The notes under the pieces are model-generated. The model did not search any database. It was not told the origin of the DNA and saw nothing but the letters and a program-made list of their open reading frames with translations. Positions 1 to 10,835 of a DNA stretch of 44,792 bases are shown here, piece after piece; within the stretch, counting starts at the first letter, position 1, and each line of letters starts with the position of its first letter. Origin of the DNA: a virus (Duplodnaviria; Heunggongvirae; Uroviricota; Caudoviricetes); the IMG/VR virus record IMGVR_UViG_3300008113_000307, positions 85,919 to 130,710 of that record, one strand, 5' to 3'. A program made the position numbers and the translations under genes.

Positions 1-3000
1 GGGGCTCAGGCCAAGGTCAGGCACTTGATTACCGAATGAGTCAACTCCACAAAAACTGTCTTGCAGTTTGCGGTACAGGTTGTTGCTGAGAAATCCATCG
101 GCACGGTCTTGTGCAATCAGTTCGTATTCCACGTGCACGTTGTCAGTGGTCAGCTCGCGGTCAAACTCAATGTGCAGCACCGTGTCACTGGCCACAATAA
201 AGTCGCCAGAATTATACAGGGCCACTGTGCTAGAATTGATTGGAGCCAAGTAAGGAATGCCACTGGCACGTGGGCTTTCAATATAGCTGGCCACGGTGCT
301 GACTGGCAGAGTTTTGTTCAGTTTAGCAGATGTTGATGTGATTCCGCGTACCCAGAAATAGTAACGAGTAACAATAGTACCATCAAAACTCAAACTAGAA
401 TTTACTGTGTATCTAAGAGTGCTGAACACGGTGCCTTCGCCAGCATAGTTAGCTGGAGGAACGTCACTTTCTATCCACTGATAAACATCTACTGAGCTGC
501 CCGGGAACAACTGCGCCCAGCGACGGCTGGCATACACAATATTGTCTTGGTTGGGATCAATGAATCTTACTGTACTAGTATCCCACCATACTTCACCTAT
601 TCGACCTGCTGCCCAAGTTGTTCCGCGTATGTTGGCTGGTCCAGCGTTGTATGACGCAGGATCAATTGCGCCAATATAATCAATATTCTGACGTGCGGCG
701 CCCAGGATCTTGCCCTGTAGTGGATCCATAAAATCCAAGAATTCAGTTGTGGCACTAGTTATTTGATCATACAAGAACACTGAGTTCAGCAAGCGGATGT
801 CAACCACTGGTTGTTGCACTGTGGTTGCTTGCCAAGCCAAAGCACGAGTAGCGTTTTCATACACAAACACACTGCCATAATCAGCGCCCGATGAGTCGCC
901 AATGTCAGCAGTGGGCGATCCAATAGTTAGCACACCCGAAGTGTAATTTACTGCAGCGCCAAAATTAGCGTATGTGCTGACGTTGTTGGTATACAGTTGT
1001 GTTCCGAACACAAATTTTCCTGGATTAGACACAGTTGGAGTGCTGCTGGGCAAGAAATCAAATGTGTAAACTGCACCGCTTTGGACGATGTTGCTAAAGA
1101 ATACTGTGCTGCCAATATCAAATATTGTTGAGCCTTGGTCAAACTCAATTTCAAAATACAATGATCCCTGTGGCGCACCTACCACAAGATTGATAGCCGA
1201 CGTGTCAATGTTGACGCTGCTACCAAATCCAGCATAAGCTATCGGATTTGGACTTGTGATGTTTTGTGTCCAAACAAATGTGTCGAAGCCCAGTGTGGCA
1301 AACACACTGTTGACGCTGCCCGGTGCAACTTGAAGTTTGTTGCCTTCTGCAGCAGCAGCGGAATTCTTCACAGAAATACTCAAGAATCCACCTGAATTTA
1401 CAGCAGCAACCACATTAGGAACGCCACTTTGAATTCCTGCAGGGATGCCATTGATTGCGTCTGCTAGTCCTTGGATTGTGGGGTTACTAGCCGGAACTGC
1501 TACATCAATATTGTTGACTCTAAGAGTATGTCCGGCAGTGAGAGCAGGATTGGCCACCGTGGCAGTGATTGTTCCGTAAGTTCTGCTCTGATTGACGTTG
1601 CGTTCAACCATACCGCCTTTGTAAATCTGCACGCTGCTCTGGGGTTCGCCCACATACAAGCTGCAATTGTACGCACATAGATCAACAGCAGTGCCGAAGT
1701 TTGAGAACTCTGCCACAGTGTTTTGTTCAATGACCTGTACCAACTCAAATTGATTGGTTTCAATTTCAATTGTATCACCAACTTCAAGGTCCTGTGCAAT
1801 TGTGACTGTGCTGCCCGACACTGAGAACGTGCCTGCAGCCCCAACAACACTGTTGGTTTGATTTATCAATCTGGTATTGTTTACATAAACTGTCACAGGC
1901 GCAACTGGAGTTCCCAGCACCACATACGAGTTGCTGGAATCGTTGTTGCGAATAAATTTCTGCACGTTGCGATCAAACACGTACACCGCTCCTGCTTGCA
2001 CTGCTGAATCAACAGTCTGATTGGGTGCACCAATCAATATCTGGCGGCCGTCTGTGGTGCAACTGACAGACTCACCAAATCTTGCACCCGCTGTGAGTCC
2101 TGCGGCAGTTATGGTGCTGACATATTCAAAATAACTTTGAGCATTGATCACTATCACTGCACCACTAGATGGCACTGTGACAAAGGTCAATTCCTGAGTG
2201 CTAGTGTTGAATGTGTAGTCAATGTTGGGGCGATACAAGTCGTTGTTGACTGTGACGCTGAAGGAGTCTATACTGGTAGCAGTGAAGAAGTTGACGCCAA
2301 GATCAAACACAGTTTCCAATGCAGGCGGAGTATATGCAATGTTGAACCCAGCCAGGCTGCCGCCAGTGCCAATGGCGGTCACAGTCAGCACTGCGTCATT
2401 CACGCCATCTGCGCCGCCGCCAAAGCTGCTGGCAGCAATGGTAATTGTGTCGCTGACTGTGTAGCCTGCACCAAAACTAGTAGCACCAATGCTGCCCAAT
2501 TCGCCGCCGGGCTGACCAACTTCACCACGCAAACGAACAATAGTAAATTCAGCAGCTGATCCGCCGCCCGATGAAGAAGTCTGTGGCACGTCGTAATAAA
2601 CTTGCGAATCCAATTGTTGTACAAAAATTCGCTGAATATCAACTAGTGTATCTAGTGCAGGGGCGGTAACCAATGTCACTTCAGTCAACAAACCATTCAC
2701 TGTGTAATCAACGCCCAGGGTCAACACTAGGCCGTTCACAGTAACTTTAAGTTGAGTAGCTTGATCAATTTGAATAGCGTTGCTGATGTTATAGATTGTG
2801 GTGATGCCGTTGCCACGTGCTCTTACAAATTGATTTTGCCAATCTACCCGTCCGTATGCATGCACTTGATTTAGGCCAGGGGCACCAATATACATCCAGC
2901 GTTCGTCCTGACTCATGACCACACTGTGGCCAAATTCTCCGGCGCCTGGTGTGGTGGTTGTTGTGGTTCCTGGTTGTGTCAACAATTGCCACTGTGCAAA

Positions 3001-6000
3001 AGGAATCACACCTGGTACGCTCAGTGTTGGATCTTGATAGATCACCGCAGCATAACCGTTGTTGAATTCGCCGTTGGGTCCTAAGCTTGCACTAGCGCCG
3101 GCCACTGCCCAGGCTTGATCTCCAAAATCCACAGCATTTCCATATCCACGCACTCCTGTGGCATCCAAGGTCAATACTGCTGGGTCATTGCCGAGCGGAC
3201 TCACTGGATTATATGTGTCTGAAAAACTGTTAACATACACATACACGCCACCACGTTGATTCAACGAACTGTCTCCAGGTGCTGAATATCCAGGACTGCC
3301 CACAAGAATGGCCAATTTATTGCTGGCCTGTGTCACACTTGCGCCAAACTGCTCATTTTGTTGAGCAGCATCAGGATCTGGGGTCAGAGTCAATGGATCT
3401 CCAAACACCTGTTGTTTTTCTAGAACACTCCAGGCGCCTGCTCCGTTGTTGTCAACCCATACTTTGGCATCTGATCTGATTTGGTTTGCATATGGCAAGT
3501 CAGCAATGTCACTGGCCTGTGCCACACGCATGGTTTTTAGTGTAAATCCAAGTCCTTCACCGTTGACCACTGTACGATCTCCTTCAAACTGGAACACAAT
3601 GTTCACAGTGTTGAGATCTGGAGTACCGATTACTTGATACACTCCGTCAACTTCTTGGTCAAAGAACTTGATGATCAGTTTGTCGCCGATCACAAGATCG
3701 TGTTGTTTGCTAAAAATTGCACGACTGGTGCCGTTCAAGTTGTCACACACATGGTTCAGGGTACCTGGCACTGCCTGAGCACGATAGATATTCCAATCAT
3801 ATTCATTGACTTTGGCCACCCAAATTCTACTGTCAACCTGGATGATGTCTAGATTTTCATCTAGACTGTCGGCTTCATTGATATCAAATACGGTGATGTC
3901 AACATCATCAAGATTTACATAACCAGCAGTGGGCAACGCAATGTCAGTCGGCAATGATGTAGTGGTTGGTAAAATATCTGGAGATGTCAGTCGATAGCTT
4001 TGACGCCATACATCACTCAACAAAATTGTTTGATCAGCATCGCTGGTCTGTTGAGGCAGTGTGACTTGTATCAGGCTTGGATTTGCATTTAGCAAGGCAC
4101 GATTTAATCTAAGTTCAAAGAAACTTCTGTTGGCATTGGCTCCATACACTGCTCGTTGCACGGCCCAGTTTTCATAGATATCATAGTCGGCTGCTTCTTT
4201 GCCAAAGTTGGCACCTCTGAACAATTCAGTACTCAAGGCAGTGCCTTTAGACCCCAGGAATTGTCGATACACATTGACCTGACTCACATCGTCAAGATTC
4301 AATGCTGCCATGTACTGACGAGGGCGGAATCCAATCAGTCCATAACTCAACAAATCATTGTCAGTTTCAATGTTGGCAACATTTATGTTGTAGCTGTTGA
4401 CCAGTTGATTGGCTTTGTTGCTTAGGTTAGGCAGCAATCCAAATTCAGTCTGTATGTAGTCGCTTTGTGTCCAGTCGTTGAAGTTGAAGCTTATGCTGGG
4501 TTGCACAATGGTCAGGGCTGACCAGTACACATTTTTGTACTTGACAATTTCGCCTTTGCTGTAGGTTCGTGTACCAGTCCATTCTTCCACGTTGTCTTGA
4601 TTTAGAATAAATCCTGGAGCATCCACACTGCCGTTCCAGTCAGTGCTGGTCATGGCAATCAGATTTAGTCTACTTTGTCGCGCACCGGTTGTGGGATCAT
4701 AAATTAGGTCGCCAAACACACTTTGATTGTTCAACACAATCATGTGTTCGTAGGTGGTGTAATTTAGTTCAACAAAACTAATGGCATCGCTGTTTAGAGA
4801 CTGCATGCTAAAGGTATTGCCCAACCGCACAATGTTTAGATTTCTTGCAGGAAATTCTTGACTGTTTTGCGTCAACACAGAATTTTCAATAGTTTGTGTC
4901 TTGATAGAATTAACTATGGCCTGTGGTTTGGTCACAGTGAGTCCTGAGGCCAGCGGATTCAAGTTAATGATGGCATCAGTGTCCCACCCTTGTTGGCTCC
5001 AGTACAAGAATTCGTTGACCATGCGAGGCCAATCAAGCACATAACCATTTGCTATGTCCGTGAATTGTAGACCCTGACGCTCTAGGAATTGGCCGTAGCT
5101 CAACAAAAAGTCTGCCACACTGGTTGCACTGCCAAACTCAAAACCGTATGGAACCTGCACCACTGAATCAGTGTAGAATGTTGGAACTTGCACGGTTATG
5201 CCACCGCTGCTGTAGGTTTGCAAACGACCAGTGGCTCGACTTTCCAGTATGTTAAAATATGGCTGGATAACGCTGTAGCCGTTGACTGCAAATCCGCCTG
5301 CGGCAGTTCGTTGTATTGTGACACTGCTGTAGGTCACACGATCAAAAGGCTGATTCTTATACAGCAAGATATCATAGCTTTCGTCGGGTATCAACAACGC
5401 AGTGTTTTGACTGTTGGGACTAGACTTTTCTGTATACAGCTTGATGTATTGTTTGTCGCTGAAACTGGCCATACGATAGCACAGTCGCACGTCAAGACTC
5501 TTGAGATCAGCTGTGAGATCTGCTGTGGAGTTCAGACCGGTAAGTCTATTGTAATCCACAATCCAGTTGACAAAACTGGCTTTGCTTACTCCATTGCCGT
5601 AGACTTCAATGCCATTGGCGTCCAGTCTAAAACGATTGTTGTACAGGTACTGTTGATAATCTTCGTTGTACTTGTAAAGATCTCGGTCTGCAAACAATGC
5701 AAAGAATTTGGCTGGACGTGTCAGGGCCAACACCCGCATGACTGCAAACGGATAGCTAGAACTATTCCACCATGACGCTTCTACAGGGCCACCATCGCCC
5801 ACTACCCACGATTTTTGGAACTGAGTCTCATTGAACGTGCCCATGATGCTTTGTGCTGGACTCAGTAATTCACCTTCTGTTCCAGTTGGCAGCACATTCA
5901 GCAGGCCAGGTCGAACATAGCCCACAGCAGTGTAAGGAGCAACAGGATCAGCCACACGTCCGGCTGCAATATCATCCCACAACACCAAGTTGTCACGAGT

Positions 6001-9000
6001 ATACGGTGCAGGACCATAACGATCATTCCACCAGGTGGGACGAATACTCAGCCCCAGCATCTCCCAAGGAGTATATTCTGGTTGTTGTGTATCATAAGTG
6101 TAACGATAAATGCCTCTCCAGGCTCCCAACATATTTTCATTGTTGAGTTTGTTTTGTGCACTGCTGTAGTTCCAGGTAAAAGAATTATCAGCACTGTACT
6201 GTTGCACTTTGTAATCCAGCTTGTTCCAGCCACAATAGCTCAAAAAGTCCTGGCTCAAAATGTTGTTGATTTCCTGGAAGCTGTACCCGGTGCTGCGGAA
6301 TTGACCTGGCATTACGTCATTCATGTTCAACGGAACTGGATTACCATCCAGCTTAAGGTTGTTGTAGATTCTGGTTTCAAATTCTAGCAACACATCGTCT
6401 CGGATGTCGCCAAATAGCGGCGTAGTACTGCCATCGTGGCCACGAATAGCTTCAATGGTACCAGTACTTGATTTTTGCAACACACGTCCTGGTTCATAAG
6501 CTGGATACAAGCCCATCTTGGTTGGAGTATTTGGTATAAAACTTCCGTAAGTGGCAGCATACTCATTGATTGTGAGTGTGTCTCCAATGGCCAATGGGGT
6601 GGTCAATGTAATCCGTGGTCCGTCAGTGGCCACTACATAATCCACGCCCCGAGTGAGCAATTGAGAATTTTTATACACCAATAGTCCAAGATAGTTGGCC
6701 GAAGTGTAGTTGTAGACCTGCACAGTATCAAAAGTGTTGCCTGTGATAAAACTCACAGTGTAGGTGTTGCTGGCCACTGTGACGCCACTAGGAATCATGT
6801 CGCTCCAGTAGAATGGCTGGCTATCAATTTTGCCCAGGGTCACATCTTGAATTGCGGTGTCTAATATTTCTGCAGTGTTGCGGAATCCAATGTTTTGATT
6901 CAACACTGCATCCAACATCTGAGCTTTGAACTTGATGTATTCTCTACTGTTGTATTGCAGGGCATTAAAAATGTTGTATTCTTCACTGCGCAAGAAATAT
7001 CCAGCCAGGGTCAATGGTGCACTTTGCTGCAAAATAACCAGACCAAAAGGAACAACATTGCCCAGATCTCTGAGATTGTTGGCACCATTTATTGCTCCTG
7101 TAAGCCCAGGCAAGTTTTCGCAGATGCTTTGATAGTGCGAACGAACAGTGCCCAGAGTAAACAATTCTGAGTTCTCGTTCAACGGATTTGATTCAAGATT
7201 TATTGGCACCTGATAAAATGCCACTTGGCTTGTTTGATTGCTTAGAACCAGCACCTCAATTACATCGTCAACAGCATAGGTTTTTTTCAATGTAATAGTT
7301 GTACTGTCAGCAGTGGTGGTATAGGTGTAGGTCGAATCGTCCTGGAACACCGAACCAACATAGATTTTAATAACTGGAACAGCAATAGATGTTTGAGATT
7401 GTGCTGCTACGTCTAGTTTGAGTGTTGTTCCTGAGTAGTTGAATTTAAACTGTTGATATATTTGGCTGGTAACTGCTGCAGTTTGCCATCCAATTAATTT
7501 TTCAAATTCTGTGCGTGTTTCATATTCTCGCACTGAGCCAGTGTCTAAGCCAAGTGTGACACTAGCATTGTCTTCAACATACAAAAATGTATCTTTGTAC
7601 AGATTGTTTTCAAACACAATATCACCAACGTTGTTGATGTTGAGATACTGCAAAGGAAATTGTAGTACAGGATCTAGTATGTTGGTGTCGCCCACTGCGT
7701 AACTAAACAACTTGCTGCCTGCAAATGTTGTGCTGGGATATTTAACATTGTTGCCAAAACTAACTTCTGCAGCGTCGTACACATTGTAAAGTGGTGCTTG
7801 TTGTATGCCAGTTTTTTGCTGCGATTGTGCCCAGATCAGACCATCAAACCAATAAGTTTTTCCAGCAGTGTTGTTTCCTGACAATACCACAGTAGATTGA
7901 TCAGTCAGTACTTCACCGTCGGGTGCCAGAGTCAAATTGATAATTGGTTGAGGGATCAATGGCGCTACAGAATCAGGCGTAATAAAACTTACTTGATAAA
8001 TTTTGTTGCGAACATCAGCATCGGTATCTGCTGCAAAAATAACTCGCGATCCCTCAACCAATGCATAACCATTCACAGTGTAAGCAGTAGATCCATCAAT
8101 GTTGCTGAATGCATCAGTTTCAACAAAATCAATCACATCCACTGGCTGCTTGCCTTGTGTGCCCATGTTCCATAAACGAATGCCTGGCCGGAATTGAATA
8201 ATTGGACGCTTGGCTCGATAGTTGTTGTCCAGTACCACCGGAGTGTTGTTGTACTCAGCTGTGGCATTGATCACATCAATGTGGAACCAGCGGTTGCTAC
8301 GGCTCCAGGCATTTAGATCCAGTGCTGCACGATCAATGGTTATGTAATCAGTCTGATCTGGCTCTACTGCCAGCGTACCTGAATCTGAATCTTGTGCATA
8401 AGTTTCAGGCACAATAAAATCAGATACTGGCAACAATTCAATGGCAGTGCCTACTCCCGAAACATAGTACTCTCTGTTGCTGATAGTTGTGGCCACGTTG
8501 GGAAATGCATCACGGCCCGTTTCTAGTGCCACCACTGGGCCGCCTGGGGACAACGACACAGTGAATTTTAGTCCGTTGGCTGCAAAAGATCTCACATAGT
8601 ACACAGTTCCTGGTACTAAACCGCCCAGGGTCGGTGCTGAGAATACAATTTGTTGATTTACATACAAGTCAGTGGTATCAGTAACTGCTGTTATATAATT
8701 TGTGCCACTTTCAGTAGCCGAATACGACAACAAACTGGGCCCAGATCTGTATATTTCAGGAGAAACTGCACCAGTAAATCTTACCTTAAGACCGTTGCTG
8801 AGTGTTACTCCATTGGGTGCAGTGTAAGAAGTTTTTCCAATTATTTCGTCAACAAACAGTGTTTGTGCTGCTGACTGGTCGATCAATTTGATTTGGCCAA
8901 AAATTTCAGGGTCAGTTCCGTCTTGGTAATACAAGATGTCTTGTGCTGCAGTCAACAAAGGAATACGAACAAATGTACCGGTATTGTCTTTGTACCACTG

Positions 9001-10500
9001 GGTGCTGCTGTATTCAGTACCATACCGAATGGTAAATTTTGTTAGGTCAGCAATGTCTTGAATTTTGCTCAGTTGAATGTAGTTGGTACCCGAATTGTTT
9101 ACATAGCTGATCTGCCACAACTGTGTTCGTTGGTTAACAGGAATTTCGGTTGTTTGATCATACGGCAAACTATCGTAGCTGCCCGGTAAGCCGTTGTTGG
9201 CGGCACCAGCAGGAAGAGGATCAAACAATGTGGTGCGTATCCACCCACCTTCAACTGAACTCACCGCAGGGTTGATCACGTTGGGATTGGTAAAGATCAA
9301 CGTGCGGCCATTCAAATTGGTAATACCATCAATGCCGCCGTATTCGGCCACAAACGCATTGACTGAGCGATTGTTGATTTGATCAAATTTTAGTTCAGTT
9401 ATTAAATCAACATTGTTGATGCTGCTGAGATTGTAGTAAAAACTCTGCGATGTTTTGTACGGTACGTTGAACACAACTGTGCCAAGATCTTGACCGTTGT
9501 TGCTGACTCCAAACACATCTCTTGAACTGATATTGGGAGTAGACGGCAACACTCCTGCAACACCCGGGGCTGATTGAATCCAAAAGCCAGGGCCAGTGCC
9601 CGGTGTACCGTTGACGATTCTCAGTTGACCCTGCATGTTGGCCTGATTTTCTGCAGCATAGTACAGTAGGTCAGGCGCATCTTCAGGTACCACAAACGTC
9701 ACAAGACCGCTGTTGGATCCGTTGCGAGTAACTCCTGAGTTGTAGGTTTCTCCTTTGCCCAGTGTAGGTGCAGTTTTGATCCAGAACGGAAAAGCTCCTG
9801 TCAAGTTCAAGTTGAACACATAGGTGTTGCCGCGGGCCAGGGTCAGTGTGGGATTGCTCTGTGCATCGATGGTGTATGCAGAAGTTCCGGCATTTCGTAC
9901 TCGATAGTTAACAGTTTCTTTTGCATTTTGTGACGTTTGAAAAGTATAGCTGCCGCCACGTACCAGTTCAATTGTGGGATTTTCTCCCGACACGCCGCCA
10001 AAGGTATACACACCGTTTTGTCGGGTGACTGGAAAGTTGGCCTGGGTAGGAATACCAACTGATGCCACATCGACTGCAGCAGGCCCATCAGGGATCCAGA
10101 AATACTGGCTGAAGTTTACAAAAGTATCAAAATCTACAAATGGATCCCAGCTATAATATTCGCTGTTGTACAGTCTATCTGGTCGTGATGCAATGCCGCC
10201 TTGTAGACCAATGGCATCATTGATGCCTGGATATGTGATGACGTCTCTTACGCGGTCAGTGTCGGGCTCTAGACTGACAACTCCTGGTTCCAGTTGATAG
10301 TCAGTTCGAGTTTTGTTAGATTCAATTACATAGCGATCGTTGGGATTCACGCCGGGGCCCACTGAGCGACCTATCAGACCCTGAGTTTTTTTAAATTTTG
10401 GTTCCTGAATCAGCTGATCCAGCGTGGCTGCAAGAAACTGCTTGTTGGCATCAGTTTGAAAAATTTCTGGTAAAAAGTCAACACTACGTACTGTTGCCAT
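1..10500 (-). CDS. Giant virion structural protein (baseplate/tail-associated), at least 3500 aa, 3' end beyond the window
   Basis: ATG at 10500 overlaps the upstream stop (TAATG). Reads MATVRSVDFLPEIFQTDANKQFL... and is still open at base 1 (...DSFCGVDSFGNQVPDLGLSP). No in-frame stop in the stretches I translated, and the ORF track has no closed ORF in this frame, consistent with an edge-open ORF. Contains FG-GAP-like repeats (e.g. RFGESVSCTTDGRQILIGAP...GAVYVF). Confidence 0.85.
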   Translation of the reverse strand, partial: MATVRSVDFLPEIFQTDANKQFLAATLDQLIQEPKFKKTQGLIGRSVGPGVNPNDRYVIESNKTRTDYQLEPGVVSLEPDTDRVRDVITYPGINDAIGLQGGIASRPDRLYNSEYYSWDPFVDFDTFVNFSQYFWIPDGPAAVDVASVGIPTQANFPVTRQNGVYTFGGVSGENPTIELVRGGSYTFQTSQNAKETVNYRVRNAGTSAYTIDAQSNPTLTLARGNTYVFNLNLTGAFPFWIKTAPTLGKGETYNSGVTRNGSNSGLVTFVVPEDAPDLLYYAAENQANMQGQLRIVNGTPGTGPGFWIQSAPGVAGVLPSTPNISSRDVFGVSNNGQDLGTVVFNVPYKTSQSFYYNLSSINNVDLITELKFDQINNRSVNAFVAEYGGIDGITNLNGRTLIFTNPNVINPAVSSVEGGWIRTTLFDPLPAGAANNGLPGSYDSLPYDQTTEIPVNQRTQLWQISYVNNSGTNYIQLSKIQDIADLTKFTIRYGTEYSSTQWYKDNTGTFVRIPLLTAAQDILYYQDGTDPEIFGQIKLIDQSAAQTLFVDEIIGKTSYTAPNGVTLSNGLKVRFTGAVSPEIYRSGPSLLSYSATESGTNYITAVTDTTDLYVNQQIVFSAPTLGGLVPGTVYYVRSFAANGLKFTVSLSPGGPVVALETGRDAFPNVATTISNREYYVSGVGTAIELLPVSDFIVPETYAQDSDSGTLAVEPDQTDYITIDRAALDLNAWSRSNRWFHIDVINATAEYNNTPVVLDNNYRAKRPIIQFRPGIRLWNMGTQGKQPVDVIDFVETDAFSNIDGSTAYTVNGYALVEGSRVIFAADTDADVRNKIYQVSFITPDSVAPLIPQPIINLTLAPDGEVLTDQSTVVLSGNNTAGKTYWFDGLIWAQSQQKTGIQQAPLYNVYDAAEVSFGNNVKYPSTTFAGSKLFSYAVGDTNILDPVLQFPLQYLNINNVGDIVFENNLYKDTFLYVEDNASVTLGLDTGSVREYETRTEFEKLIGWQTAAVTSQIYQQFKFNYSGTTLKLDVAAQSQTSIAVPVIKIYVGSVFQDDSTYTYTTTADSTTITLKKTYAVDDVIEVLVLSNQTSQVAFYQVPINLESNPLNENSELFTLGTVRSHYQSICENLPGLTGAINGANNLRDLGNVVPFGLVILQQSAPLTLAGYFLRSEEYNIFNALQYNSREYIKFKAQMLDAVLNQNIGFRNTAEILDTAIQDVTLGKIDSQPFYWSDMIPSGVTVASNTYTVSFITGNTFDTVQVYNYTSANYLGLLVYKNSQLLTRGVDYVVATDGPRITLTTPLAIGDTLTINEYAATYGSFIPNTPTKMGLYPAYEPGRVLQKSSTGTIEAIRGHDGSTTPLFGDIRDDVLLEFETRIYNNLKLDGNPVPLNMNDVMPGQFRSTGYSFQEINNILSQDFLSYCGWNKLDYKVQQYSADNSFTWNYSSAQNKLNNENMLGAWRGIYRYTYDTQQPEYTPWEMLGLSIRPTWWNDRYGPAPYTRDNLVLWDDIAAGRVADPVAPYTAVGYVRPGLLNVLPTGTEGELLSPAQSIMGTFNETQFQKSWVVGDGGPVEASWWNSSSYPFAVMRVLALTRPAKFFALFADRDLYKYNEDYQQYLYNNRFRLDANGIEVYGNGVSKASFVNWIVDYNRLTGLNSTADLTADLKSLDVRLCYRMASFSDKQYIKLYTEKSSPNSQNTALLIPDESYDILLYKNQPFDRVTYSSVTIQRTAAGGFAVNGYSVIQPYFNILESRATGRLQTYSSGGITVQVPTFYTDSVVQVPYGFEFGSATSVADFLLSYGQFLERQGLQFTDIANGYVLDWPRMVNEFLYWSQQGWDTDAIINLNPLASGLTVTKPQAIVNSIKTQTIENSVLTQNSQEFPARNLNIVRLGNTFSMQSLNSDAISFVELNYTTYEHMIVLNNQSVFGDLIYDPTTGARQSRLNLIAMTSTDWNGSVDAPGFILNQDNVEEWTGTRTYSKGEIVKYKNVYWSALTIVQPSISFNFNDWTQSDYIQTEFGLLPNLSNKANQLVNSYNINVANIETDNDLLSYGLIGFRPRQYMAALNLDDVSQVNVYRQFLGSKGTALSTELFRGANFGKEAADYDIYENWAVQRAVYGANANRSFFELRLNRALLNANPSLIQVTLPQQTSDADQTILLSDVWRQSYRLTSPDILPTTTSLPTDIALPTAGYVNLDDVDITVFDINEADSLDENLDIIQVDSRIWVAKVNEYDWNIYRAQAVPGTLNHVCDNLNGTSRAIFSKQHDLVIGDKLIIKFFDQEVDGVYQVIGTPDLNTVNIVFQFEGDRTVVNGEGLGFTLKTMRVAQASDIADLPYANQIRSDAKVWVDNNGAGAWSVLEKQQVFGDPLTLTPDPDAAQQNEQFGASVTQASNKLAILVGSPGYSAPGDSSLNQRGGVYVYVNSFSDTYNPVSPLGNDPAVLTLDATGVRGYGNAVDFGDQAWAVAGASASLGPNGEFNNGYAAVIYQDPTLSVPGVIPFAQWQLLTQPGTTTTTTPGAGEFGHSVVMSQDERWMYIGAPGLNQVHAYGRVDWQNQFVRARGNGITTIYNISNAIQIDQATQLKVTVNGLVLTLGVDYTVNGLLTEVTLVTAPALDTLVDIQRIFVQQLDSQVYYDVPQTSSSGGGSAAEFTIVRLRGEVGQPGGELGSIGATSFGAGYTVSDTITIAASSFGGGADGVNDAVLTVTAIGTGGSLAGFNIAYTPPALETVFDLGVNFFTATSIDSFSVTVNNDLYRPNIDYTFNTSTQELTFVTVPSSGAVIVINAQSYFEYVSTITAAGLTAGARFGESVSCTTDGRQILIGAPNQTVDSAVQAGAVYVFDRNVQKFIRNNDSSNSYVVLGTPVAPVTVYVNNTRLINQTNSVVGAAGTFSVSGSTVTIAQDLEVGDTIEIETNQFELVQVIEQNTVAEFSNFGTAVDLCAYNCSLYVGEPQSSVQIYKGGMVERNVNQSRTYGTITATVANPALTAGHTLRVNNIDVAVPASNPTIQGLADAINGIPAGIQSGVPNVVAAVNSGGFLSISVKNSAAAAEGNKLQVAPGSVNSVFATLGFDTFVWTQNITSPNPIAYAGFGSSVNIDTSAINLVVGAPQGSLYFEIEFDQGSTIFDIGSTVFFSNIVQSGAVYTFDFLPSSTPTVSNPGKFVFGTQLYTNNVSTYANFGAAVNYTSGVLTIGSPTADIGDSSGADYGSVFVYENATRALAWQATTVQQPVVDIRLLNSVFLYDQITSATTEFLDFMDPLQGKILGAARQNIDYIGAIDPASYNAGPANIRGTTWAAGRIGEVWWDTSTVRFIDPNQDNIVYASRRWAQLFPGSSVDVYQWIESDVPPANYAGEGTVFSTLRYTVNSSLSFDGTIVTRYYFWVRGITSTSAKLNKTLPVSTVASYIESPRASGIPYLAPINSSTVALYNSGDFIVASDTVLHIEFDRELTTDNVHVEYELIAQDRADGFLSNNLYRKLQDSFCGVDSFGNQVPDLGLSP

Positions 10501-10835
10501 TAGATAACTCCACTTCCGGGTGCAGTACGCAAGTTGGTACTGGTCAATGCGTCGATCACATCGATGTTGTCAATGGTGGCGCCATTGACAAAAATTTCGT
10601 TTGGTGTGCTACGAATTTCGTACAAATCACCAAAGCTTTTTTGAGGGTTTAAAGGAACAAGTACCACACTGCTGATTATAGTTCCTAGTTCTCGGTGCAG
10701 ATATGCTGCCAGTTCAGAGAAGTAGAATGTGTCACCAAAGTTCCATTTGTCTATGGAAAAATACGTGTTCATGGATGCTACAACTGAACTCTTGATTTCG
10801 CTAGCACTAGCAGTCGAATTGCTGGCACGAATTAC
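10500..10835 (-). pseudogene. Detached C-terminal part of the gp6-like baseplate wedge gene (+1 frame)
   Basis: Frame open from GTA at 10835: VIRASNSTASASEIKSSVVASMNTYFSIDKWNFGDTFYFSELAAYLH. This reads as the C-terminus of the upstream wedge protein and has no clear RBS. ORF-track start is ATG 10772. Confidence 0.65.
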
